Shown: positions 50,604 to 62,697, counted from the first letter of the stretch. The stretch is 64,000 nucleotides of DNA from Candidatus Eiseniibacteriota bacterium (GCA_963783375.1 CAWANH010000029.1:96001-160000); one strand, 5' to 3'. Program-made: numbers and translations. Notes: generated by a model from the letters alone, not told the origin.

Positions 50604-51413
50604 ATGCGCTGGATAGGTATCACCTTCGGCTCCGCGATCCTCGTCGCGCTCCTCGCCACCGCGGCCTCGGCGGGCGGGCGGGACCGGCCGGGACCGGCCC
50701 CGAACCTGTTCCCCGATCGCCTCTACGATTCGGGGCGCATCCTGGAGCAGGCCGCGGAGACGCCCGGGGTCTCGCTACCCAAGGCCTCGGGGAACAAGAA
50801 CGCCAAGCTGGCCATGCTCTACTCCCTGGTGCTCCCCGGCCTGGGGGAGCAGTATCTGGGGCATACCGCCCGGGCCAAGGGCTTCTTCGCGGCCGAGGGG
50901 GGGATCTGGACCGCGTTCGCGGTATTCCGGACCCAGGGTTCGCACCGGAAGGAGCTCTACCACGAGTACGCCGAGGTGAACGCGGGGGTGAAGCAACGGA
51001 GCGACGACGACTTCTACCGGATCGTGGGGAACTACGTGTCGTCCGACGGTCCCTACAGCGCCAACGAGTTCGTGAGACGCCAGGCCCGGGCCCTGTGGCC
51101 GGGGGTGGACGAGGCGAGCCGCCAGGCCCGGGAGCAATACCTCCAGGAAAACGGCTATTTCGGGAGCAATGCCTGGAACTGGCCGGACGTCCCCACCCTG
51201 ATCGCCTACCAGAAGATGCGCAAGTCCAGCCTGGACGCGTACCACCGGGCCGACCTGAGCGTGGGTCTCCTCCTGGCCAACCGGCTCCTGTCGGTGCTGG
51301 ACGTGGGACTTCTGGCCAAACGGAGCGGCGGTGATTATTCCGGCTTGTCCTGGGAAATCGACGCGGGACCCAAGGGCCCCGGGGCCCAGCTCACCCTCGC
51401 GCGCACCTTCTAG
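50604..51413 (+). CDS. exported hypothetical protein, DUF5683-like (paralog 2)
   Basis: Signal peptide; AMLYSLVLPGLGEQYLG..FFAAE; NRLLSVLD; ends ...AQLTLARTF. Confidence 0.75.
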   Translation: MRWIGITFGSAILVALLATAASAGGRDRPGPAPNLFPDRLYDSGRILEQAAETPGVSLPKASGNKNAKLAMLYSLVLPGLGEQYLGHTARAKGFFAAEGGIWTAFAVFRTQGSHRKELYHEYAEVNAGVKQRSDDDFYRIVGNYVSSDGPYSANEFVRRQARALWPGVDEASRQAREQYLQENGYFGSNAWNWPDVPTLIAYQKMRKSSLDAYHRADLSVGLLLANRLLSVLDVGLLAKRSGGDYSGLSWEIDAGPKGPGAQLTLARTF

Positions 51414-51423
51414 CCGCCGGCCC

Positions 51424-52359
51424 ATGAACCGGACGCGCGCGCAGCGGGGGATGGGCGCGCTTCTCCTTCTCACCGCGGTCGCGGCGGGCTGCGCCTCCCG
51501 GGCCGGAACGCCGCCCGCCTCCGGCCTCTCCGCCGGGACCGCGATCTGGTGGCCGGCCGGGCCCCCCGCGGATCGATGGTTTCCGGTGGCCGCGCTCTCC
51601 CTTCCCAACGGAAAGCTGGCGGTGGCAGAGACCAACCAGAACCGGATCTTCCTCCTGGACGACCCCGGCGCGGTTCCGTTCCGGCTCCCCGCTCCCGGTC
51701 GCTCCCCGCTGGAGTGGACCGCCCTCGCCCCGGCTCCCGGCCTCTCCTTCTACGCCCTGGACGGACCGGGGCGGTTGATCCAGCAGTACGACCTCCAGGG
51801 AAACTACCTGGGGCTGGCCCTCGACCTGAACACGGTGGCCCTGGACCACGATCTCGGAACGGTGGAGCCGGCGGGGCTGGCGGTGGACCGCACCGGCCAC
51901 GCGGTGGTGACCGATCGGGTCGGGGACCGGCTCCTGGTGTTCGGCCCGGGGTGGATCTTCCTGGGAGTGTGGGGGCAGAGCGGCTCCGAGGCCGGCTCGT
52001 GGCGCCGGCCGGGGCGGGTGGCGGTGGGAGACCGGCCGCCCTTCCTGGTGGCCGACGAGGGGAACCGGCGGGCGGTGCTTCTGGACGGTCTCGGGGAGGT
52101 GCTGGGCGTCTGGGAGAGCCCGGACGCGCCCCGGGGGGTGGCGGTGCTCGGCCCCGGCCTCTACGCGGTGAGCGAGGGGAGTCGCGTGCATCTCTTCGGT
52201 CGGGGCTTCATCCCGGATCGGACCCTGGAGCTTCCCGTCGCGGACGGTTGCGCGGGCCGGGGATACGCCACCACCGCCCTCACCGGCAACGACGAGAACC
52301 TGTTCCTGGGAGACGGCTGCTCGGGGCGCGTGGCGGAGCTCCGGCGACCCGGGAGTTGA
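51424..52359 (+). CDS. NHL-repeat beta-propeller lipoprotein
   Basis: Lipobox AAGC; repeats LAVAETNQNRI, PAGLAVDRTGHAVVTD..GDRL, PGRVAV..FLVADEGNRR. Confidence 0.8.
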   Translation: MNRTRAQRGMGALLLLTAVAAGCASRAGTPPASGLSAGTAIWWPAGPPADRWFPVAALSLPNGKLAVAETNQNRIFLLDDPGAVPFRLPAPGRSPLEWTALAPAPGLSFYALDGPGRLIQQYDLQGNYLGLALDLNTVALDHDLGTVEPAGLAVDRTGHAVVTDRVGDRLLVFGPGWIFLGVWGQSGSEAGSWRRPGRVAVGDRPPFLVADEGNRRAVLLDGLGEVLGVWESPDAPRGVAVLGPGLYAVSEGSRVHLFGRGFIPDRTLELPVADGCAGRGYATTALTGNDENLFLGDGCSGRVAELRRPGS

Positions 52360-55300
52360 CGGTGTCGGCCCGCGCCTGGATGGGGGGGGCGATGATCGCG
52401 GCCGGCGTGCTCGGCGCGGGCGCGGCCCGGGCCCAGTCCGGCCTCCCTCCGCTGGTCACCGACACCCTCTTCGTGGATCCCGGGGAGCGGGTCGTCTGCC
52501 TGAACCGCCCGTTCATCCTGGCCTCGACCTTCTCGCTCCGAGACCGGGGGCGCACCCTGGACCCGGGCGCCGACTACCTCCTCGACGCCGATTCCGGCTG
52601 CTTCACCCTCATGGTCGCCGATACCCTGGTGGGCGCGCAGGTCCTGGTGGCCTCGTTCCGGGCGCTCCCCATGACCCTCCAGGGAATCTACCGGCTCCGC
52701 GAGGATCCCCATCTCCGCGAGACCGGGACCTCCGCCCCCACCGACACCCTCGCCCGCCCCCCGACCCCGTTCAATCCCGAAGAGGAGACCCGGGGTCTCG
52801 ACATCTCCGGGAGCAAGACCTTCGGCGTCACCATCGGGAACCGGCAGGATCTGAAGCTTCGCCAGAGCCTCGACCTTCGCCTCTCCGGACAGGTCACCCA
52901 CGACGTATCGCTGTTGGCCATCCTCTCCGACCAGGACCTGCCGTTCCAGCCCCAGGGGAACACCGCGGAGCTGAGTGAGCTGGACCGGGTGCTGGTGCAG
53001 ATCCGGTCTAACCGCGCCGCGGCCAGCCTGGGGGACGTGAGCCTGGGGGTCACCGGGTATTCGTTCCTGGAGCTGAGCCGGGAGCTGGAGGGCCTGACCG
53101 CGGAGGCGACCCTGGGAGAGACCCGGACCCGGGCCGCCGCCGCCTCGGCCAAGGGCGAGTTCACCAGCCGGCAGTTCTTCGGGGTGGACGGGAAGCAGGG
53201 GCCCTACCTGCTCACCGACCGGGCCGACTCCACCGACATCGTGGTGGTGGCGGGTTCGGAGAAGATCTGGCTGGACGGAACGCTCCTCTCCCGCGGGGAG
53301 GAGGCGGACTACGTCGTCGACTATTCGTTGGGAGAGATCTCCTTCACCAGCCGTCACGTCATCACCGCCAACTCCGAGATCACGGTGGACTACCAGGTGG
53401 CCAGCTCCCGCTACCGGCGCCGGGTGACCTTCGCCGAGACCCGGACGGCGATGGGGCGGGCGGGAACCCTTCGCGCGGCGTACTTCGGCGAGGGGGACGA
53501 CGCCAACAACCCGTTCGGGGGGGAGCTCACCGCCGGGGAGCGGGCGGAGCTGGCCGCCCTGGGCGACTCCGCCCGGATCTCGGGGGGTACGCGATACGTG
53601 GGCCCGGGGAACGGCGGTGACTACCAGCTGGTGGTGGACCCCGAGACCGGCCACGACATCTACGTCTACGTGGAGGGCGCGGGGGACTACCAGGTCACCT
53701 TCGTGGACGTGGGAGAGGGGAAGGGGGAGTACGAGGTGGATCCCGAATCCCCGACCGGGAAGACGGTGTACCGGTACGTGGGTCCCGGCCAGGGGAGGTT
53801 CGTCCCCCGGCGCGATCTGCCCCCCCCGGAGCGGAAACGGCTGACCGATCTCCGGTGGGAGCTCCGTGGGACCGGCGGCCTGGTCACCGTGGAGGGCGCG
53901 GTTTCCCGGGCCGACGCCAACACCCTGAGCCCCCTGGGGGACGGGAACAACCAGGGGGGCGCGCTGATCGCCGAAGGACGGCTCCGGTCGGTGGAGACGG
54001 GTGCGCTCTCCTTCTCCCCCGGCTTCAAGGTGCGCCGGGTGGGGGGGGACTTCCGAAGCCCCGGCCGCATCCACCCCGCGTTCTACAGCCGGGAGTGGAA
54101 CCTCACCGGCTCGGAGGAATTCCGGGACGAGTCGCTCCAGGAGGGATCGCTCACCACCCGATGGGGGGAGCGTCTGCGCTGGGAGGCGACCGCCGCCCGC
54201 CTGGCCGCCGCCGACACCTTCAGCGCGGTGCGACAGAGCCAGACCCTCACCTGGAGCGACGCGTGGGTGGCCGGGAACGCGGGGTGGCGGACCGCCGACA
54301 ACCGGGTGAACGGGACGTCGGGGAAGCTGGTGAACACCGGCGGGGAGATCCTGCTCCGGCGCTGGACCGTCCAGCCCCGGGTGAGCGGTCTGAACGAGAC
54401 CCGACGGCGCGCCCTCGGCGGGGGCGAGCGGCACCGCCAGTGGGACGCGGCGCTGCTCTTTCCCTCGGCGTTCTGGCCGGTGGACGCCGAGGTCGGCGCG
54501 GGACGGCGCCTCGACGATTCCCTCGCCGTGGTCGACGGTTCCTGGCGTTCCGCCCTGGACACCCGAAGCATCCACGGAAGCGTCACCGGCCGGACGGGGA
54601 GCGTCGGCTTCCTCCTTCGCTACGAGGCGCGCCGGGTGACCCGGGACGGGGTGGGAACCGAGCGCCGGGACCTCGGGCGGTTGGACCTCCGCCAGCAGGC
54701 GGTGGAAGGGGCGTGGTCCGCCGTTCTCACCGCGGACATCGGGACCGAGGGGGTGCGCCGCCGGACCAAGGAGATCGTGCCCGCGGCCTCGGACAGCGCC
54801 GGCTACTTCGACCGCTTCGGAAACTATGTGGGACCGGGGGGCGGCTACGACGTGGTCTACGGTCCGCGCGGGGACGAGGTCCTCTCCGGCACCGTGAACC
54901 TCACCTCGCGCTTCCGCTGGTCGCCGCCGGGAGGAAAGAGCCGCTTACCGGCCTGGCTCACCCGCCTGGCCTGGGAAGGCTACCTGAACCTCATCGAGTC
55001 CTCGACGTTGCCGCTCACCACCCCGCGGTATTTCCTGAACCCCGGGTCCTACCTCTCCAAGGCCACCACCCTGAACGGACGGCTGGCCGAACGGCAGACC
55101 CTGGACCTCTTTCCCCTCCATCGCGGCGCCGGGCTCCGCCTGGCCCAGGCGACCGACCGGACCCTCACCCAGAGTCCGGAGAGCACGAGCGGCGACACCC
55201 GCCTGGTCGAGACCTCGGTGGAGGACACCTACACCGCGACCCTGCGCCTGAACCCCGGTCCGGGCTGGGATACCGAGGCCGAAGCCTCCTACGGCGATCG

Positions 55301-55739
55301 CCGCGAAGGGGTGGACCTGGGAGTGGGGGGCTCTTTCGAGCAGGCGACCCGGCTTCGCACCGCCACCGCGCGCGGGGGGCGGAAGCTCGCGGTGGGCGGG
55401 GGGAACGGCCGCGCGTCGGGGGAGGTTTCCTACAGCGTGGAGAAGGGCTCCGGGCGGGAAGGGCGGGCCTGGGTCTGGCGCCCGAGGCTCCAGTGGTCGC
55501 TCCCCCGGGTGGGGCGCCTCGACGCCCGCTACACCCGAACCGACTTCACCCTCCGCGAGGGCTTCACCGGCTTCCGCGGTCCCGGCGCGCCCGCCCTCAC
55601 CGAGGGGTGGCGGCTGGACGTGATCGGCGAGGCCCGGGTGAAGGAAGGGGTCACCCTGACCCTGGCCGTGGCTCTCGATCATCCCACCGGGTTGAGCGAG
55701 GTGCGTGAGGGGCGGATGGAAGTGAGAGGATCCTTCTGA
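52356..55739 (+). CDS. large outer-membrane beta-barrel protein with SprA-like motifs (about 1127 aa)
   Basis: Signal peptide; GSKTFGVTIGN..LRQSLDLRLSGQV..LSDQDLP..GNT..ELDRV; GSEKIWLDG..L.RG..DYVVDYSLGEISF (SprA-like); long amphipathic beta C-terminal half; terminal Phe (EVRGSF). Start TTG 52356 or GTG 52362. Confidence 0.7.
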   Translation: MTVSARAWMGGAMIAAGVLGAGAARAQSGLPPLVTDTLFVDPGERVVCLNRPFILASTFSLRDRGRTLDPGADYLLDADSGCFTLMVADTLVGAQVLVASFRALPMTLQGIYRLREDPHLRETGTSAPTDTLARPPTPFNPEEETRGLDISGSKTFGVTIGNRQDLKLRQSLDLRLSGQVTHDVSLLAILSDQDLPFQPQGNTAELSELDRVLVQIRSNRAAASLGDVSLGVTGYSFLELSRELEGLTAEATLGETRTRAAAASAKGEFTSRQFFGVDGKQGPYLLTDRADSTDIVVVAGSEKIWLDGTLLSRGEEADYVVDYSLGEISFTSRHVITANSEITVDYQVASSRYRRRVTFAETRTAMGRAGTLRAAYFGEGDDANNPFGGELTAGERAELAALGDSARISGGTRYVGPGNGGDYQLVVDPETGHDIYVYVEGAGDYQVTFVDVGEGKGEYEVDPESPTGKTVYRYVGPGQGRFVPRRDLPPPERKRLTDLRWELRGTGGLVTVEGAVSRADANTLSPLGDGNNQGGALIAEGRLRSVETGALSFSPGFKVRRVGGDFRSPGRIHPAFYSREWNLTGSEEFRDESLQEGSLTTRWGERLRWEATAARLAAADTFSAVRQSQTLTWSDAWVAGNAGWRTADNRVNGTSGKLVNTGGEILLRRWTVQPRVSGLNETRRRALGGGERHRQWDAALLFPSAFWPVDAEVGAGRRLDDSLAVVDGSWRSALDTRSIHGSVTGRTGSVGFLLRYEARRVTRDGVGTERRDLGRLDLRQQAVEGAWSAVLTADIGTEGVRRRTKEIVPAASDSAGYFDRFGNYVGPGGGYDVVYGPRGDEVLSGTVNLTSRFRWSPPGGKSRLPAWLTRLAWEGYLNLIESSTLPLTTPRYFLNPGSYLSKATTLNGRLAERQTLDLFPLHRGAGLRLAQATDRTLTQSPESTSGDTRLVETSVEDTYTATLRLNPGPGWDTEAEASYGDRREGVDLGVGGSFEQATRLRTATARGGRKLAVGGGNGRASGEVSYSVEKGSGREGRAWVWRPRLQWSLPRVGRLDARYTRTDFTLREGFTGFRGPGAPALTEGWRLDVIGEARVKEGVTLTLAVALDHPTGLSEVREGRMEVRGSF

Positions 55740-57237
55740 TGCGGGGGGCGCGCCGCGCGGCCACGGCGCTCTTCCCGGTCGCCGCCGTGGTGGGGGCGCT
55801 CCTCCTCGCCGTCCCCGCCCGGGCCGACGAAGTCCTGCGCTGGGGTGGGGTCGAGGTGCGCTGCTCCTCCCCCGCGGACTCGATCGCGTTTCTGGAGGCC
55901 CTGGATCTCGAGGGCCGGCCGGTGGCCGGGGCGTCCCTGGACGCCGCGATCCGCCGGGGGCTCGACGCCCTGGCCGAACGGGGGCATCCCTTCGCCGAGG
56001 CGCGGCCCGGAGGTTTCGCGCTCGAAGATGGCCGCCTCACCGGGCGTATCCGGCTCGATGCGGGCGTTGCCGCCCGGCTCGACGGCCTGGTGCTTCCCGG
56101 GGCCGAGGTCACCTCGGTCTCCACCGCCCTCCGCCTGGCCGGAATCACCCGCGGCGAGCTCTATACCGGAGACGCCGATCGGCGGGTGCGCGACCGCCTG
56201 GCCCGGTCCGGCCTCTTCACCTCGGTGGGGGAGCCGGTGCTCGAGCCCGGCCTCGCCCCCGACGCGGTGCTTCTGAAGCTCCCGGTGACCGAGCCCCCCT
56301 ACACCCGGTTCTCGGGGATCCTGGGGGTGAGCGGGCGGAACTCGAAGCTCACCGGGCTGGTGGATCTCGATCTGGCCAACCTCGGCGGGACCGCCCGCCA
56401 CGCCGCGGGCCGGTGGGAGAGCCGCGGAAACGGGCTCACCCGCTACAACCTCTCCTACCGCGAGCCCTGGCTCCCCCTCATCCCGGTGGGGGTGGAGGGA
56501 GCCCTCGCTCATGACGTGAATGAAGGCGTGTATTCGCATACCACATGGGAGGTTAGTGGTGTCGTACAATGGGCGGGAATCTGGACCTTCCGCCTGGGGC
56601 GGGGGGAAGCCGGGCGGTGGACGCCGGCACCGCCGCCGGCGACGTTTCCGAGGGATTCACCCTGGCCGGAATCGAGCTCGACCGGCGGAACTCGGTCCTC
56701 GTCCCTACCGCGGGCTACCGGCTGGGGCTCACCAGCCGCCGGGGGATCAAACGCTACACCCCCGCCGGCGACTCGCTCCGGGTGCGGATCGACCGGACCC
56801 GTTGGGACGTCGAAGGGGACGGGTACCGGCGGGTCGGCCGTCGCTGGCTGGCCGCGGTCACCGCGAACTTCCGGTACCTGGAGACCCCCGAGGACTCCCT
56901 TCCCCGCTACGACCTGTTCGCGGTGGGGGGGGCGGCTTCCCTTCGGGGCTACCGCGAGGAGCAGTTTCTCACCCCGGGAGCCTTCGTCCTCCAGGTGGAG
57001 TGGCGGTGGCTTCAGGATGACCGGGGCTCCGCCCTGTACCTCTTCGACGACCTCGGTTTCATCTCGCCGCGGGAGGGCCGGAGCCTCCGCGACACCTTCC
57101 ACACCTTCCTCATGGGGACCGGGGTGGGGGTCCGTCAGGCCTCGAAGCTCGGCGTTCTCGGGGTGGAGTACGGGGTGGCCAAGGGGGAGAATCCCCTCGA
57201 CGGCCGCATTCACCTCCGGGTGGACGCGGTGTTCTGA
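55739..57237 (+). CDS. Omp85 (BamA/TamA-like) outer-membrane protein with POTRA-like domains; one apparent frameshift
   Basis: TGATG coupling to the upstream gene; POTRA-like LAERGHPFA and RLARSGLF; NLGGTARH, SYREPW; loop-6 motif VGGAASLRGYRE; terminal ...IHLRVDAVF. One added G at 56601-56606 gives 499 aa. Confidence 0.8.
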
Positions 57238-57255
57238 TCGCGGGCGGAGCGGCGG

Positions 57256-58302
57256 CTACTTGGGCGAAGCGCCGGCGCCGGGAAGCTCCTTCAGCGCCTG
57301 CTCGGCCACGTTTCGCACCTGGGGCTCGGAATCGTGGACCGCCCGCTCGAGGGCCGCGCGGACCGCGGGATCCTCGGGGGCGATCTGGGGGAGCACGCGC
57401 ACCACCGACGTCCGGACCGCGGCGTCCTTCCCCGTATCCGCCAGCCTGATCAGCGCGGGGATGGCGCTTTCGGCCCCGGGGCCGATCCGCCCCAGGCACA
57501 CCGCGGTCATCATCACCAGGCTCGGATCGGGATCGTCCAGGACGTCGATCAGGGTGGGGACCGAGGGCGCCGCTCCCGGCCCCATCCGGGCCAGCTCCTG
57601 GGCCGCGCGCATGCGGTCCATCTTCGCACCGCTCTTCATGATCTCGGCCAGAGCGGGGCCGGTCCGCCCGTACCCCTCGCCCAGGGTCGCGGCCACGTCC
57701 ATGGCCCGGTACCGGGTTCCCCAGTCCGGGTTCTTGAAGTCCGCGATCAGCGAGTCCAGGGTGATGTAGGGCACCGCGTCGGAGCCGCTCGTCCACTTCG
57801 GCTTCCCGAGCCGGTAGAGGTCCGCGGTCGACGAGAGCGCCCGGTTGGTCCGGGTGCAGTCGTCGGTCCAGAGCACCCCGTCCCGGTCGTAGGCGAACAC
57901 CAGGTAGACCTCACCACCGATGAATTCGGAGCCGCAACCCTCGACGTCCCGGTAGCTCCGGACCCGGAGCGTATCTGCCGCCCGGCCCTTCCACACCCGC
58001 TCGGTCCTGAAGACGTAGTCGAAGACGAGGCCGGTGGGGGGGACGGGGGCGGAGAGCGGGATGGGATCCTTGGAACGGAGGAAGGTCCCGGCGAAGATCG
58101 CGGCCGCCTTGTCGAGGCAGTCCTTCACCGGTGGGCGGGGTTCGCCGCCGATGCCGTAGGACACCGACATCGGGATCGCTCCGATGCGATGGGACGCCTG
58201 GGTGGAGTCGGTCGGGGTTCTCGCCGCGCAGTTGCACTGGGCGGCGGCGCGGCCCGGCCCGAGAACGGCCAGGAAGGCGACGACGAGGGCGAACGCTTTC
58301 AT
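57256..58302 (-). CDS. exported protein: N-terminal TIMP/NTR-like domain fused to HEAT (PBS-lyase-like) repeats
   Basis: RBS GGAGG; signal peptide then QCNC; AAAIFAG, VWKG, GCG..F..GEVYLVFA, CTRT; HEAT repeats (VPTLIDVLDDPD..AVCLGRIG, AIPALIRL, D.EPQVRNVAEQAL). Confidence 0.75.
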   Translation of the reverse strand: MKAFALVVAFLAVLGPGRAAAQCNCAARTPTDSTQASHRIGAIPMSVSYGIGGEPRPPVKDCLDKAAAIFAGTFLRSKDPIPLSAPVPPTGLVFDYVFRTERVWKGRAADTLRVRSYRDVEGCGSEFIGGEVYLVFAYDRDGVLWTDDCTRTNRALSSTADLYRLGKPKWTSGSDAVPYITLDSLIADFKNPDWGTRYRAMDVAATLGEGYGRTGPALAEIMKSGAKMDRMRAAQELARMGPGAAPSVPTLIDVLDDPDPSLVMMTAVCLGRIGPGAESAIPALIRLADTGKDAAVRTSVVRVLPQIAPEDPAVRAALERAVHDSEPQVRNVAEQALKELPGAGASPK

Positions 58303-58304
58303 GA

Positions 58305-60398
<2,094 letters not shown>

Positions 60399-60450
60399 CC
60401 GGCCGCCCGCCCGTCGATGCCCACGCTCCCGTCCGGAAAGCGAGCCGATC

Positions 60451-62645
60451 GTGACCTACAACGCCGAGCTCATCCCCGATCTCCTGGGGCCGGAAGGGCC
60501 TCTGGCCGCCGGGCTCACGCCCTACGAGGACCGCCCCTACCAGCGGGAGCTGGCCCTGGAGGTGGCGCGGCTCCTGGAGGACGGCGGGTATCTCGCCGCC
60601 GAGGCCCCCACCGGGATCGGGAAGTCCCTGGGCTACGGCCTCCCCGCCGCCGCCTGGGCCGCCGCGGGTCACGGGCCGGTGGTGATCTCCACCCAGACCA
60701 AGGCGCTCCAGACCCAGCTCCTGGAACTGGAAGCCCCCCGGCTGGCCCTGGCGGTGGGGGGGACCCTGGCGGTGGAGGCGCTGAAGGGGCGCGCCAACTA
60801 TCTCTGTCGCCGCCGCTACGAGGCGGCCTCCGCCGAGGCCTCGGGGGAGGCGACGCAGGCGCTCCTCAACCGGCTACGCCGGTGGGTGGAGACCACCCGA
60901 ACCGGCGACCTGGCCGAGGCGGGGGAGCGGAACCCGCGCGACCTCCAGTTCCTCCACTCGCGGGTGGCCGGGGATCCGCGCTTCTGCGCCGGGCCGTCCT
61001 GCACTCCCCAGTCCGGCTGCTTCTTCAAGGCGGCGCGGGCGCGGGCGGCCAAGGCGGACCTGTTGGTGGTGAACCACGCGCTCTTGGCCATCCATCTCTT
61101 CGGCGGGGGGAACTCCTCCCCACCCATCGGGCGCTCATCGTGGATGAGGCCCACGCCTTCGTGCGGGTGGCCCTGGACCACCTCGGGGTGGGGGTGGGGC
61201 CGGCGCGGGTGGCGGCGCTGGTGGAGAGCGCCCCGGGCTCCGACGGCATCCTCCCCGAGGCGGCGCGGGATGGGGTGGGGCAGTCGCGCCTCACCGCGCT
61301 CCGCCGTTCCCTCGCCGCCATGGAGCGCGCGTCGCGCGAGTACTTCGGAAAGCAGAACGGCGGCCGGGGAGCCGGGGACGACCGCCGCCGCTACCGGTCG
61401 CCGGAGGATCTGGTCCGGCTCTGTCCGCTCACCCCGGAGCCGCTGGTGGACGCCCTGGGGACCCTTCACGCCGACGCCCGATCGCTCCAGGGTTTCGCGG
61501 ACGGCGAGGGCGCGGGCGGCGATCCCGAGGGCGCGTTCCTGGTCGAGGTCCAGCGGTTCGTCGAGGAGACCGCGGCCTTCCGGAAGGATCTCGACGATCT
61601 TCTCCATCCCGATTCCTCCGACCGCGAGCGGGTGACCTGGAAGGAATGGGGCGCCGACGACGCCTTCTCTCTCAACGCGTCGCCCCTGGAGATCGGCGGC
61701 CCCCTGGCCGCGGCCCTGGAGGAGGGCCCCGACCGGGTGGTCTTCACCTCGGCCACCCTGGCCGCGGGGAAGGACTTCTCCTACTTCGCCCGGGAGGTGG
61801 GGCTCTTCGACCGTCTCCACGCGGTGGCCTACCCCTCCCCGTTCCGGTTCGAGGAGCAGGCGCTGGCGGTGGCGGTTCGCCGCGGTCCCGATCCGCGGGA
61901 GCGGGGATGGGCCGAGGCCACCGCTGCGACCCTGGACGCCCTGCTCCGGGATCCGGCCCGGAAGACCATGGCGCTCTTCACCTCCTATCGCGACCTCGAT
62001 CAGGTGCACGCCGCCCTCACCGGGCGCTCCGGAGGGAAGCGCGCGAGCTACGAGGATCCCTTCGCGGGGTCGGGGGCCCAGATGACCCTGGACGAGGCCG
62101 GCAAGCCGGCGCCGCCGGAGCGCGCCCCGAACCGGAAGGGCCGCGAACCGGACTACCTGGTGCTGGCCCAGGGCTCGGGGGGAACCGCCGCCGATCTCCT
62201 CACCGCCTTCCGGCGGGCGGAGCGGGCGCTCCTCCTGGGGACCGCGAGTTTCTGGGAGGGGGTGGATCTCCCCGGCGACGACCTGGAGGTGCTGGTGCTG
62301 ACCCGGCTCCCCTTCGGCGTTCCCACCGATCCCCGCTACCAGGCCCGGGCCGAGCGGCTGGAGGCGGAGGGGGGGAAGCCCTTCATGGATCTCTACCTCC
62401 CCGAGGCGGTGCTACGTTTCAAGCAGGGCTTCGGGCGCCTGATCCGCCGTCGCTCCGACCGCGGCATCGTGGCCGTGCTCGACCCGCGGTTTCTGGGCAA
62501 GGGGTACGGCCGCCGCTTCGCCGACGCACTGCCGCTTCCGGTCACCGCGGTACCCGACGGGACCGCCCTGGCCCGCGCCGCGGCCGCGTGGTGGGCGCGC
62601 GGAGGGGAGGCGGGCCGCCTTGGAGGGACGGAGCCGCTTCGGTAG
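60451..62645 (+). CDS. dinG: DinG/YoaA-family Fe-S ATP-dependent DNA helicase; one apparent frameshift
   Basis: [17 protein letters not shown], Fe-S cysteines, [34 protein letters not shown]. One added G at 61105-61110 joins the two ORFs (731 aa). Confidence 0.88.
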
Positions 62646-62697
62646 ACTGGAACCCCACCGGTCTCCGGCCGGAGGCCACGAGAAAGGACAGCTTCCC

